From Eledone cirrhosa (lineage: Eukaryota): a DNA stretch of 64,000 bases. Shown one piece after another: positions 44,253-58,695 of this stretch. Position 1 is the first letter of the stretch. Each line of letters starts with the position of its first letter. The position numbers were made by a program, and so were the translations under genes. The stretch is taken from assembly GCA_964016885.1 (NCBI GenBank), contig OZ024743.1, positions 88,040,001 through 88,104,000 of the forward strand. Direction: 5' to 3'. Below the pieces are notes generated by a model. The model was not told the origin of the DNA. It saw only the letters and a list, made by a program, of their open reading frames with translations, and searched no databases.

Positions 44253-44867
44253 TTGGAAAATCACTGACGAAGGACTATTTTTATCATATGTAACCCATGT
44301 GCAACAACGCAGTATCCTTCTTTCTTCTCATGTTTTTTATATATATTCACCTCGGCTGCGTTTGTCTGTTTCTCTCTTACTGCTTCCCCCTTCTCTCTGT
44401 TTCTCTCACCTTCTTTCGCCCCCTCTGTCAGTTACACTTTCTCTCGACTGACCGCTTCCTCGCACTTCCACTCACTCACTCTCTGTTTCTCCCCTTCTCA
44501 CTTCCTCTCGTTTGGCTAACAGTGGGTCTCTTCTTGCTTACATCCCACTCACGCTGGACGTGTCTGTACCTTTCGCTCATGAAATCCACCCAGCTTATGC
44601 TGACCAGGACTACCATGTTGATTGTTTATTTCCTTTCTTTGGTTTGCTTTTATCCTTCTATGTTGTTCACTTGTCCCCCTCGCTTTACGCGATTTACTGG
44701 TCCCAATAACTTTTTTTAGTTATTGCTCGTACCAACCTGAGGTATATGATTTTTAATGCGATGAAATACCAATGATGGTTGGAAAATCACTGACGAAGGA
44801 CTATTTTTATCATATGTAACCTATGTGCAACCACGCAGTATTCTTCTTTCTTCTCATGTTTTTCTTT
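44253..44867 (+). mobile_element. (TA)n-flanked element with ~85-bp terminal direct repeats (pseudo-LTR-like)
   Basis: ttggaaaatcactgacgaaggactat..cttctcatgttttt at 44253-44337 and 44779-44862; related copy at 34361-34505 (-). Confidence 0.7.
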
Positions 44868-44910
44868 TATATATATATATATATATATACATACATATAT
44901 ATATATATAT

Positions 44911-45000
<90 letters not shown>

Positions 45001-45120
45001 TAAAACATGTCTATAGAATCACCAGATAAAATATATACCATTTCCTCTCCCAATTAGCATAATTAACTATATAAAAAATCGAATAGACCAGGCTATAAGA
45101 ATAAGGCTTCTATGAAGAAA

Positions 45121-45178
<58 letters not shown>

Positions 45179-45297
45179 ATGTGTGGTAATTTTATTTGCG
45201 CAAGTGTCACACATGTGTATGTTCATTAAACTGAGGCTTGTGGGTTTATTTACAACTTACCTACAAACAAGTCTCACTACCATATATAAATATATAT

Positions 45298-45764
45298 TTG
45301 CCAGTATCGGTAGAGCGTCAGACAACATGCTTCGCGGCATAGAGTTACGGCTCCTTACCTTCTGATTTCAAATCCCGCCGAGGTTATAAATATATTACAT
45401 ATTACACGAAACAAATGTAATATGCCAATAAAGTTTGTACTTATGCTGCAACAGTGGCGTCAATCCTTCTTGATCTATGGTGGTGGATTGGCAGTATCGG
45501 TAGAGGGTCGATAAAATAAAGTACCAGTAATACACTGGGTAATTGCTGGCTTTGTGTCAAAAGTAGAAACAATTATATTAGCAGTATCGGTAGAGCTTTG
45601 CAGTATTGGGTTATTGCCCTTTACGTTCTGAGTTCAAATCCCACCGAGGTTATCTTTGTCATTCATCGATAAAATAAAGTACCAGTCACGCACTGGGGTC
45701 GATATAATTGACTTTCCCCTCTCACCAAAAAATCGCTGACCTTGTGTCTAAAGTAGAAACCATT
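45298..45764 (+). mobile_element. Three partial SINE copies
   Basis: 45298-45385, 45479-45575 (internal deletion at gggtcg microhomology) and 45580-45764. Confidence 0.8.
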
Positions 45765-45794
45765 ATATATATATACATTATTATATATATTATA

Positions 45795-45854
<60 letters not shown>

Positions 45855-45913
45855 ATATATATATAATATATATATAATGGCACAAGGCCAGCAATTACCA
45901 CAAATAAAATTAC

Positions 45914-45941
<28 letters not shown>

Positions 45942-45944
<3 letters not shown>

Positions 45945-46372
45945 CAATGATATTAAATAAATGGAAACTATATTTATAAAACCATATTTATTCTATTATA
46001 TATATTTCAAGGGTACCAAAACTTTGGTACGCACTCATCAGATAAAATACAAAGTTTGTTTTATAAATATTGACATATCCAGGAAGAAGATCTTAACAGT
46101 TCAAGTTTATCCAGGAAAAACTTGAACCGTTAAGATCTTCTTCCTGGATATGTCAATATTTATAAAACAAACTTTGTATTTTATCTGATGAGAGCGTACC
46201 AAAGTTTTGGTACCCTTGTAATATATATAATAGAATAAATATGGTTTTATAAATATAGTTTCCATTTATTTAATATCATTGATATTATACTTCAGAAACT
46301 GTCGAGTGCTTCGAATCAGTTATAAGCATATATATTTGTTGAATTACCAACAAATTAAATATCCCTTTGCTT
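45942..46372. mobile_element. Family A' fold-back element; HHRs at 45989-46049 (-) and 46177-46237 (+, GAAA changed to GTAA)
   Basis: ~165-bp inverted arms plus ~85-bp unique 3' extension; (TA)n flanks. Confidence 0.88.
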
Positions 46373-46380
46373 ATTTATAA

Positions 46381-46429
<49 letters not shown>

Positions 46430-47139
46430 TATATATATAGTATAGATAAATCGGTAGAGGCATGCATTAGTGTGTGTATGAAAGTCCGCACCTATACATA
46501 CGCAGCACAGATGCGGACTTGATGACAATAGTACATCTCAAATCTAAATGAGAAACACGTGTTCACATGATTAGGAAAACATTTCCAATGACCAGCCCCC
46601 ACCACCACCACCATCTTCTAACCCCAAACCACTTTACAAAGGTCTGTGAATCCACATATCCCCCCTCTACCACACACCACCCCCACTAGGCGGGGGTTGG
46701 AGGAAACCTATCTATAATTTATATTCAATTAAGTCTATTCATGAATTTTTTACTAAGCATCAGGATTATTTCTGCAGCTCCGTCCCCACCGTCCACCCAA
46801 CCCACTACTACCATTATCACAACCATCTCCATCATCATCACAACCATGTCCACCATCATCATTACCGTCACCAACTACATGCACCCCTTTAACCCACTTA
46901 CTCCCCTCCATCATTCCTATTACCATCATCATCACCACCGCCATTACCATCATCACCTTCACCACCACCATCATCACCTTCACCACCATCACGTCCATCA
47001 CCAACACCACCATCACCACCTTCACCAACACCATCACCAACACCATCACCACCATCACCAACACCAACACCATCACCAACTCCACCATTACTAAATACAT
47101 AGCCTCTTCCTAAACCAACATCATAATCAGCACTATCGT

Positions 47140-47570
47140 TATCACCAACACCACCGTCACCAACACCACCATCACAGCCAACACCACCATCACAGCCATC
47201 ACCACCATCACAGCCATCACCACTGTCACCAACACCACCATCACAGCCAACACCACCATCACAGCCATCACCACCGTCACCAACACCACCATCACAGTCA
47301 TCACCACCATCACAGCCATCACCACCATTACCACACCACCATCACAACCATCACCACCGTCACCAACACCACCATCATAACCATCACCACCGTCACCAAC
47401 ACCACCATCACAGCCATCACAGCCATCACCACCATCACAACCATCACCACCGTCACCAACACCACCATCACAGCCATCACAGCCATCACCACCATCACAG
47501 CCATCACCACCGTCACCAACACCACCATCACAGCCATCACCACCATCACAGCCATCACCACTGTCACCAA
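47140..47570. repeat. ACC-derived minisatellite
   Basis: Recurring caccaacaccaccatcacagccat. Confidence 0.85.
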
Positions 47571-47728
47571 CTATATACCACCATCACCCCCACCCCCACC
47601 TTTACTATTTGGTGTATATAAACTACATACGGTAATTGGTCTGAATATACACTAAAATTTATACTATATGTATATATGTATGTATATATAGTGTATATAT
47701 CTCAAAATGCTTCGTATTAACTACACTA

Positions 47729-47759
<31 letters not shown>

Positions 47760-47764
<5 letters not shown>

Positions 47765-48065
47765 GTAATAAACAACATAAGGCAATTATTCCATTTACCA
47801 GTGGTTTCTTAAAAGCAAAAAATTTTGCTTTCAATCCTCAGAATGAAAAAATCCTGGTCTGTTTATTAAATTTGGATTTTAAAATCCCAATTTAATAAAC
47901 AGACCAGGATTTTTTCATTCTGAGGATTGAAAGCAAAATTTTTTGCTTTTAAGAAACCACTGGTAAATGGAATAATTGCATTATGTTGTTTATTACATAA
48001 CTATTAAGCTCTGTTACCTACATAGAGCACTCTTTTTTCCTGGACTTTTCCGACGGAATTACTTC

Positions 48066-48068
<3 letters not shown>
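47760..48068. mobile_element. Family E palindrome; HHRs at 47792-47845 (-) and 47916-47969 (+)
   Basis: ~120-bp arms with no spacer (centre 47880). catt-CTGAGGA-ttgaaagcaaaa-tt-ttttgcttttaa-GAAA-ccactgg-TA-aatg. Confidence 0.88.
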
Positions 48069-48140
<72 letters not shown>

Positions 48141-48311
48141 TAACAGATTAAAGTTTTAATAAATATTTGCTCTACGATTCTTATATATTTGATATATATT
48201 TATCCTTATCGAGCCCTCTTTGGATTTTAGTCTTCTAATTTATTATTATTACTATATATATATATATATATATAAATATGTATATATATAAATATGTATA
48301 TATATAATGTG

Positions 48312-48343
<32 letters not shown>

Positions 48344-48359
48344 ATATATATTATATATA

Positions 48360-48464
<105 letters not shown>

Positions 48465-48523
48465 GAAATAGATAGATATATTTCTTTATTAGCCACAGGG
48501 GCACAAAAGAAGGGGACAAATAC

Positions 48524-48581
<58 letters not shown>

Positions 48582-48936
48582 TTCTTTATTTACCATAAAG
48601 GCATAAAAAGAAGGGACAAATACAAAGGGGGAGTTTACATATAATCGAGTAAAAAGGGTGTAACATGAAAATAATCGAAAATAACCTCAAAAGGGAGGGG
48701 ACGTGATGGGGGTTGCACACACCCCCGAAAAAGTGTGCAATCCTTTGCCCGGGGAGCACATGGAGAAGGTGCTCCCCTCTCCTTTACTTCTTTACCTACA
48801 GGATGGTATACAGAGATGGCTCATTTACACGAGCCATTCTCGCCACTATCACCCACCTTTCATAAAACTGCCTGTGGCCAAGCACCTCTCTCTCCATTCT
48901 TATCCTTCTTCAATAGATAGATAGATAGATAGATAT

Positions 48937-48976
<40 letters not shown>

Positions 48977-49555
48977 GTAGGTAGATTTCTTTATTTGCCA
49001 CAAGGGGGCAAAAAGATGGGGACAAATACAGAGAGGGGAGTTTACATACATGCGTGTAAAAAAAATAGAATTAATAACAATAACAAATAACAATTAACAA
49101 TTGAAATCCCCAATAGGGGGGGGGGGCACGTTATACATGAGTTGTACACACCCCGAAAAAATATACAACCCTCATCTCCAGGAACACGAAGACTGAGCGC
49201 TCCTCTCCTCTCTTCCTCTTTTTCCTCAACCTACAGGTTTATATAGAGAGAAGGCCCAACCACTCGGGCCATCCTTGCCACATTCACCCACCTTTCGTAA
49301 AATTTGTTGGGGTGCAGCACCTCTCTCTCTCTCCACTCTGATTCTTCTTCTAAAATGATATTCGAAGAAGCGAACCAGTTGTTCGCCGGAGAGAAAGGTA
49401 TCTGACCTCAGCCCTTTCAGTCTCATCCACCATATAGCCTCTTTCACCATAGCCATTACACAGAGGAAAACCGCCTCTCCTTCGTTTTTGAAGGAAGGTG
49501 GCGGTTTGATCGCAATAATGGACTCGGTGGTCAACCGGATTTGTCCCTTCCTGCA
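48465..49555 (-). mobile_element. Three stacked Tx1/L1-like LINE 3' ends separated by (TCTA)n
   Basis: AMVKEAIWWMRLKG..RRRIRVERE..FYERW C-terminus (two copies); shared 3' UTR ending aataaagaaa (three copies). Confidence 0.65.
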
Positions 49556-50119
49556 TTACTATTGGTATTAGACAAAAGGCCACCTTATCATCTAGCTCTT
49601 CTATATAAATGTCTAGAACCAAGAGGGACACGGGTAGTGGACTATGATAATACTATGTGTATTATCAAGTGCGTGTGTGCGTTGATGTTCTCTCTCTCTT
49701 TCATTCACTGCCTCCGTCTCTCTTGCTCTCCCCATCTATCCCTGTTATATGCAAATGGAACCCACACCCTGGCCGCCCCGCGGTCTCGGCGGATAGAATA
49801 GAGAAGGTGTTTCTCCGAAGGATAGTGAGGGAGACGCGTTAAAAGAGCCCTTCCAGCTTGCGAGGCTCACACCTGCGGGTAGCCAACTCCGTTGGTGGTA
49901 GTCAGTAGGGAGGTGATCCTAGGGCCAAGGACTCCAGAAGTTTCCACTGACGATGTTGTTATTGTAAAAACAGAAGAAATAAGAGTATGATATAAAAAGA
50001 AATGAAAAAAGGAAGGACCGCTTAATCTCGCTGGAGTCGTATGGACGGCATTTTAAACCTCGTGGTGCTAATCCCCATCCGGGCCGAAACAGCCGATTTT
50101 TCCCAGGGGGGGGGGGAGA

Positions 50120-50151
<32 letters not shown>

Positions 50152-50664
50152 ATGTGGTAAAGAGATACAGAGGAAGAATCGACCCATGTACTTGACTGGT
50201 TGGTACTTTATATGTTGACCTCGAAAGGATGAAAGTTGACTTGAGCGGGATTTAAACTTTGAATGCATTGAGCCGAAATAAATATCACAGCAATTTTTAA
50301 TCCGACGTCCTAACAACTCTGCTACTGCACCGCCTTACTAACAAGATACCATCAAGATACCAAGTGACTAGCTTCGGCTGGGGAATATTTAAATACTTGT
50401 GAAATACTGACACAACATACAGCTTTGTAACATATGTCTTTTTACTTAGATCTACATAAGTATGTGTCTATGCTTGATTGTATGTATGTGTGTGCGAGTG
50501 TATTATATATGTATGTATGCGTATGGGGATCTTGCGAGTGCTCAGATGAAACACCAGAGTAACAAGACTCACTGCTTAGCTATAATAAATGAATATGTAA
50601 ACTCTACTTCGGTATTGAGTGCTTTTTCTCATATCCGTCAATAATACACACACACACAATATAC

Positions 50665-51255
<591 letters not shown>

Positions 51256-51257
<2 letters not shown>

Positions 51258-51392
51258 ATTTCGGGTTGAATCGGAGGTAACCACAGTAAGTAAGGTACTC
51301 AATACATAGCAGAGTATAACAGTATTAATATAGATGAGATTCTACAGGACTAGAACTGTTTCATTCTTGAGAAATCATCAGGAATCTCCTGA
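51256..51392 (-). mobile_element. Family B element; HHR at 51336-51388 (-)
   Basis: Minus strand: gagattc-CTGATGA-tttc-tcaa-gaat-GAAA-cag-ttctagtc-ctg-TA-gaatctc; perfect 7-bp stem I. Confidence 0.85.
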
Positions 51393-51414
51393 TATATATA
51401 TATATATATAATAG

Positions 51415-51739
<325 letters not shown>

Positions 51740-51747
51740 TATATATA

Positions 51748-52145
51748 TGCAAAAGTTCTATTTAAAATTGTTGGGATACAACAAGTAAATATTTTTATAA
51801 CTGATATAAAGCACTCGATAAGTATTTGGAGTAGATATACGATATTAATAAATGGAAACTATATTTATAAAACCATATTTATTTCATTATACATATTTCA
51901 GGGATACCAAATTAAATTATGGTATGCCTTCATCAGACAAAATACAATATATAACAGTTTTACAAATAAGCTTTGACGTACCCTTTTAAAATGCAACCAT
52001 TAATTTTGGAAGCCATATTTTTGTAAAACTGTTATATATTGTATTTTGTCTGATGAAGGCATACCATAATTTAATTTGGTATCCCTGAAATATGTATAAT
52101 GAAATAAATATGGTTTTATAAATATAGTTTCCATTTATTAATATC

Positions 52146-52148
<3 letters not shown>
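51748..52148. mobile_element. Family A fold-back element; HHRs at 51880-51944 (-) and 52042-52106 (+)
   Basis: Inverted arms ~51836-51967 and ~52018-52148; complete CTGATGA/GAAA cores. Confidence 0.88.
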
Positions 52149-52216
<68 letters not shown>

Positions 52217-52296
52217 AGTATGCGAGCAAGTTTGAAATTAGAAAAGAGAAGCTTTCACCGTATTTTTTTTTACTATATATATATATATATATATAT

Positions 52297-52693
52297 AATT
52301 GTTTCTACTTTTGGCACAAGGCCAGCAATTACCCAGTACATTACTGGTACTTTATTTTATCGACCCCGTAAGGATGAAAGGCAAAGTTAACCTCGGCGGG
52401 ATTTGAACTCAGACCGTAAAGAGACGTAACTATGCTGGAAAGCATGGCGTCCGACCCTCTACCAATACTGCCAATCCTTTCCATTTTTAGAATATGTACA
52501 GCCGTAGCTAACCTTATATATATAATTGTTTCTACTTTAGGCACAAGGCCAGCAATTACCCAGTGCATTACTGGTACTTTATTTTATCGACCCCGTAAGG
52601 ATGAAAGGCAAAGTCAACCTCGGCGGGATTTGATCTCAGATCGTAAAGGGACGTAACTATGCATGGCGTCCGACCCTCTACCGATACTGCCAA
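52297..52693 (-). mobile_element. Two SINE copies (52297-52474, 52524-52693)
   Basis: Consensus match. Confidence 0.85.
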
Positions 52694-53834
52694 ATGTTTG
52701 TGTATCACAATTATAGGACTAGGATTACATAGTAAAATGTTACAATAATGATTACAGTTACATGTTTCTATTACTGCTATTGCTGCTACTACTACTGCCA
52801 ATAGTCAATATAACAGATCACCCATTGATGGATACTCAATCAACAATCACCCATTGTTGAGACTCACTGACAACATTGTTACCGTCTTCTAGGCAGAAGG
52901 TATCATTAGCATATACCTGATAAAGTAAAGATGTTACGGGTGGGCGGCTCTTTCGGTAGGTGACAGCAAACACCTATAAAGTAGATGGAGGTCTTGCAGG
53001 TGGCAGGAATGACCTGAAAACAATGGCAGTGTTGTGTATGTTAAGGGGGGGGGGTCAGACGGGGGGGGGGGATAAGAAAGGAAGAGAAGTGAACAGGGGG
53101 AAGGTATGAGGAGTTGACTGGAAGTGGCTGTGACAAAATAAAGACACTTTATCACTATCCGTCTCCACCCTCCCACTCTACCCACACCCAAGCTACCTCC
53201 CACACCCCCATCTCTATTTCTTACCCCAACACTATGTGAAGGCGCATGCCTTATTGGTTAGAGCATTGGGCTTGCAATCGAAAGGTTGTGAGTTCAATTC
53301 TCAGACCGGATGATGTGTTGTTTCCTTGAGCAAGACACTTTATTTCACGTTGCTCCAGTTTACTCAGCTGTAGAAATGAGATGATAGGGACTGGGGTCCC
53401 TATCATTAAATTACCTAAGACACCTCCGAGATATACCTTGGAGAAGGCCAGCTAAACCTGCATAGGTGTGAGCTGTCACACACACACTATCTCTCACCTA
53501 CCCACAACCACAACTCCCACCCCCACACTGACTACACCCACACCTCCCACCCCCACACTATCTACACCCACATCTCCCACCCCCACACTACCCACACCCC
53601 ATACCCCACCTCCACACTATATACACGCCCATCTCTATACATCTAACCTCCCCCCTCCACACTACCTTCAGCACCATTTCTATCTCCCACCCTCACACTA
53701 CATACGTCCTTATCCTACCCCCTGCCCTATGTACACTCCTCGTCCCTTTCCCATCACCTACCCTACCCACAGCCCCCCGCCCCTATCCATCCCCCGTCCT
53801 TATCCATATATTAGGAATAACAATGGTGATTAAT

Positions 53835-54710
53835 TCGGTAGAGCAGCCTACAAAATACCTTGTGGTATTTACTTTCATGGATTACGTTCTTTGTTCAAAC
53901 CCCGCAGAGATCAACTTCGTCCCTGCATCTTTCCGAGGGTCGATAAAATAAAGTAAGTACCAGTAAAGTACCGGGGGGGGGGGGGGAGAGGAATATAATC
54001 GGCTGTCCCCGTCCCCACTAAATTGATTTCTAATTTAGGGACAAGGCTAGAAAATTTGGGGAAAGGGCAAAGTTGATTAATACCGACCTCTGGAAGGATA
54101 AAAAGCAAAGTTGACCTCTGTGGGATTTGAACTTAGAACGTAAAGAGCTGGAACAAATATATACCATTTCTGATAATCTACCATTTTTCTATTTGTGCCT
54201 AAATTAGAAAGAATTATTAATATATCCCGCGAGGTCAATTTTGCCTTTCTTTTTTCCGACGTCGATATAATATAGTACCAGTTAAATACTTGGGTTAATA
54301 TAATTGGCGTTCTTCCTTCCCCTAAATTGCTGGCCTTGTGTTAATGTTAGAATGAATTGTTATCAATGGTAAATAATTGTTTCTACTTTAGGCACAAGGC
54401 CAGCAAATACCCAGTGCATTACTGGTACTTTATTTTATCGACCCCGTAAGGATGAAAGGCAAAGTCAACCTCGGCGGGATTTGAACTTATCAATGGTAAA
54501 TAATGGTTTCTGATTAGGCACAAGGCCAGCAATTTGAAAGATAGGGGGAAGTCGATTAATTCGCCCCAGTGTGTTATTGATACTTTATTTTATTAACCTT
54601 GTAAGGATGAAAGTCAAAGTTAACCTCGGAGTGCTTTGAACTCAGAACGTAAAGGGGTTTAACTCTATGCTGCAAAGCATGGTGTCCGACGCTCTACCGA
54701 TTCTGCCAAA
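53835..54710. mobile_element. Cluster of diverged and younger SINE copies
   Basis: Several core and tail matches in both orientations. Confidence 0.75.
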
Positions 54711-55896
54711 TAATTCGAACACATTTTAATGCGTGTGCTTTTATGCTTCATGTGTTTATATGGTGATAGGGGTGACTGTAATGAATAATGCAGGAAGGGT
54801 GGAAATGGCTGGCCTCGATGGGGGCAAGTGATGCCATTGTGTAGAAGCTAGCTATAGTCATATTTTACGATTCAATGAAGAATCGAACTGATATATGTTC
54901 GTTTGACATCGCATGTTTAGTGTGAGTAGGTGAGACAGCGAGAAGAGGGAGAGAGTGAGAGGAAGGGAGAGAGATATGAGGTAGGAAAAGAGGTTGAGCA
55001 ATAGCTAGTGTTGTATTAAAGATGGTGGTTCAACATGGCCTCCTTAGCTGTAATGTAGAAAACAAACCAAAGATCTATTCAAACCTCACGTTCCGAGGAA
55101 GAAGCGTCTAGTGTTTAATAAAACATAAAGTGTGAGCTCAGCAGACGACAGCTGATGAGACAGAAGAGACGGGAAGAGAAAGAAGGGGAAAGGGGTGCAC
55201 AAGGAAAGGAAGAATTAGGAAAATAAGGAAAATGGAAGACATTAAGAAAATTAGAATTAAAGAAAGACTGATGGAAAGACTAAAAATAAAAGATCAAGCG
55301 TCTAAAATGACTTGCCAATCTTAATATAAATAACGCTTCACTTTTCACCGGAGTTCATTTGTAAGGGACAGTCCAGCTGGACAAACAAGGTTGGCTGACC
55401 GAAAATACTATTTCAACTTGGATTGTTGGTCATGTTAGAATAGATAGATAGAGAGAGAGGGGGCGGATGGGCAGATAGATAGACAGAGATATACAAATGG
55501 ATACAAAAGAAAAGCAAGAGAGGAAAGGAATGGGTGAGAGAGAGAGAGAGAAAGAGAGGGAGGATATTGAGAAAAAATGTCAGATGTGAAATGACTATGA
55601 CAGTGGTTTGAGTGGTCGTTGTTGGGAGGGAGGGATAGAAATGAGATAAATAAGACCGTTATAGAACTAAATCAGATTAGGTCTGTTTCTAAAGATGGAA
55701 CATGTAATGGTTTGTTGGAGAATTTACAATGGATTCATGTTTAAATTACTAGTGGATGGGTATAGGGAGGAGGAGATAATGTATGGAACCCTTTCCCTCC
55801 TACCCTTAATTTCTCTATAACCATAGTTCTTGCCAGCCCCACATTTATACGCTTCTTTGCACCGACTCCACCCACTAACACCCCCTCCCCTGTAAA

Positions 55897-56242
55897 GGCG
55901 CGTGGCTTAATGGCGGCTATAGCGCTGGATTCGCAATCACGAGGTCGTGAGTTCGATTCTCGGACTGGGAGGTGCATTGTGTCCTTGGGCAAGACACTTT
56001 ATTTCACGTTGCTACAGTTCACTCAGCTAGAAATTAGTTGCACCGTCACTGGTGCCACGCTGTATCGGCCATTGCCTTTCCCTTGGATAAAATTGGTGGC
56101 GTGGAGAGGGGGAGATTTGTTTGTATGGGCGGTTGCTGGTCTTTCACAAAAATCACCTGGCCCTGGCTTATGTCTGGCGGAGTGGGGGGGGGGGCATTCT
56201 AGGTGCAAAATCCCTTAGTCATTCGTGACCAAAATGGGTATC
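55897..56242 (+). mobile_element. tRNA-derived SINE, second family (CORE-like centre)
   Basis: ggcgcgtggcttaatgg..gagttcgattc..gtgtccttgggcaagacactttatttcacgttgct; further copies at 53241-53380 (+), 35595-35700 (+), 20672-20795 (-). Confidence 0.8.
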
Positions 56243-56572
56243 AAGACCGTCCATCAACGACGAAAAGACATATTGTATACATATATATGTGTATATATGT
56301 ATATATATATGTATATATATATATATATATATAAATATAAATCAAGAAAGAAGAGTGACATGGTTTGCTATACAATAAGGGCTTTATTCACATTGCTGAC
56401 AATTGTTTCTCTGAACTGGTAAACTACATAGAAATCACCGCGTACTCGCAGCATCACTATGGAAACGTCTTGTTGTGTCAAACTTAGCCAAGCGTTAATA
56501 CTATCCACTACTCGGAGTACCCTAACTGGACTACATCTAAGTGGACTACCTATAACAATAATTTTTTATCCC

Positions 56573-56687
<115 letters not shown>

Positions 56688-56830
56688 TACATATATATAT
56701 ATATCACAAGAATAAACGTTCAGGGAAAAAGAAAAGAAAACTAATGGCCTTTGAGCAAGGTTTTCCACCATTTTTATTTTCCTGGTCATTCATGAAGAAA
56801 CGTGAAAGAAGACTTAATATGACTTTTTCC

Positions 56831-56873
<43 letters not shown>

Positions 56874-57041
56874 TCGTGTATATAGATCATATTAGTTTGT
56901 TGAGTGTTGTATGGTGTCTTCCTCAATTAACTGTGACTTCACACACCAGTGACTCTGCTTCACTTCACAGTCTATTTAATAGCAGCTCTCAATGGCATCC
57001 GACATGACACATGACGCATATCTACACCACCACCCCGTCCC

Positions 57042-57073
<32 letters not shown>

Positions 57074-57164
57074 CTGTGTGTGTGTGTATGTATGTAGGTA
57101 TTTATAAATGTGATTGTGTGTGTATACATGTATATATATATGTGTGCGTATGTATATATATATA

Positions 57165-57211
<47 letters not shown>

Positions 57212-57292
57212 ATGTATGTATTTATAAATGTGAGTGTGTGTGTATACATGTATATATATATGTGTGTGTGTGTATGTATATATATATCTATC

Positions 57293-57325
<33 letters not shown>

Positions 57326-57328
57326 GTA

Positions 57329-57436
57329 TAGTAATAATAATAAAATTGAAGACTAAAATCTGAGTTTCAGAAGATCCCGTTAAGGGTGAAAGCACCGATT
57401 CTTTGCTTAAACTTTAATCTGTTATTTTAATAAATA
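57329..57436. mobile_element. Family H (TA)n-associated fragments (also 3840-3991, 28617-28735, 48134-48252)
   Basis: Shared modules attaaaataacagattaaagttt, cagaagatcccg and ggattttagtcttc..tttattattact, joined in different orientations in each copy. Confidence 0.65.
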
Positions 57437-57462
57437 TATATATGTATATATATATGTATATA

Positions 57463-57649
<187 letters not shown>

Positions 57650-57680
57650 CAGTAATCAAAGTTCAGTTTAAGTCATTTAT

Positions 57681-57729
57681 TTGCTTACAATTGTTTCCTC
57701 CAAACCGAGGTTTGGATTCTTCGGAGCAA
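57681..57729 (-). ncRNA. Minimal hammerhead motif, CCGAAGA core
   Basis: Minus strand: ttgct-CCGAAGA-a-tccaaacc-tc-ggtttgga-g-GAAA-caattg-TA-agcaa. Confidence 0.72.
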
Positions 57730-57963
57730 CTATTTATAACATACTTGACCTCCTTTTCAACCCAAGAGACACATAAAACATATGCGCATATTGATCAACA
57801 GTGGGGTGACATTCATCAAATGATGTTATTACATTGGGCTATTTATCTTACTGGTAATAGGATAGTAATTAATGACTATCTCTCACTATTTAGGGTTTGT
57901 GTATATATAATATATTACCATCAAAGGTTTTATTGCATACATAACCATAAATAGTACCCTTAA

Positions 57964-58020
<57 letters not shown>

Positions 58021-58118
58021 TTAGTTAAGCAAAACAAGACCACAAATTTCACAAGGAAGACATTTTTAAAAGATTGTCAACATATTTTAGTTTGATGTAA
58101 GGAATGTAGAGAATAATA

Positions 58119-58195
<77 letters not shown>

Positions 58196-58198
58196 TCC

Positions 58199-58317
58199 GT
58201 TTACAATTGTTTCGCTACTCCATATAATATTTCTGGATCAAATGACTATATATCATTATTGATCTGGTTCAGTTGAAAATAATTAACATATTTAAAAACA
58301 GAGCGGCTCATCGGAAC
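58199..58317 (-). ncRNA. Hammerhead ribozyme motif with long stem II, CCGAUGA core
   Basis: Minus strand: gtt-CCGATGA-gccgctct..(94 nt)..ggagtagc-GAAA-caattg-TA-aac, downstream of the truncated PLE ORF. Confidence 0.65.
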
Positions 58318-58695
58318 TTCAAAGGAATATAAATTAAGATAAGGAGAGAATGTTACATAATGTAATGTTCCATATATTGGTATTTCCCTATGGTGTCCTG
58401 GGTGTATCAATTGTCAGCCATAATCAAGCAGTATTCATCTGTCGAGGCTGCATTGTGTGAGATCTGCCTATGGGTAACAAGATGGCCGCCAATGGACATA
58501 TTTACCTTCACTAATTAGAGGGTGGTTTCAGGAGAAGTAACTCCTCGAGAGATTAGAAATTGTGGGTAGTTTATAGTTAAGTGCTAATTTTTAAATTTTT
58601 TAATTGAGAGACAATGTAGGGAGGTAACTTATAATTATCTAAGTTAGTTATAGCTATTTAACTTATTAGCTACAAGTAAAAATGGGGCTAGATGA

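Noticed and set aside
55280-55440. CR1-like LINE remnant (also 39130-39310)
   Set aside because: Only a vague peptide resemblance; too degraded to call.
55897-55970. tRNA gene
   Set aside because: The tRNA-like head continues into a SINE body and has diverged copies elsewhere in the window.
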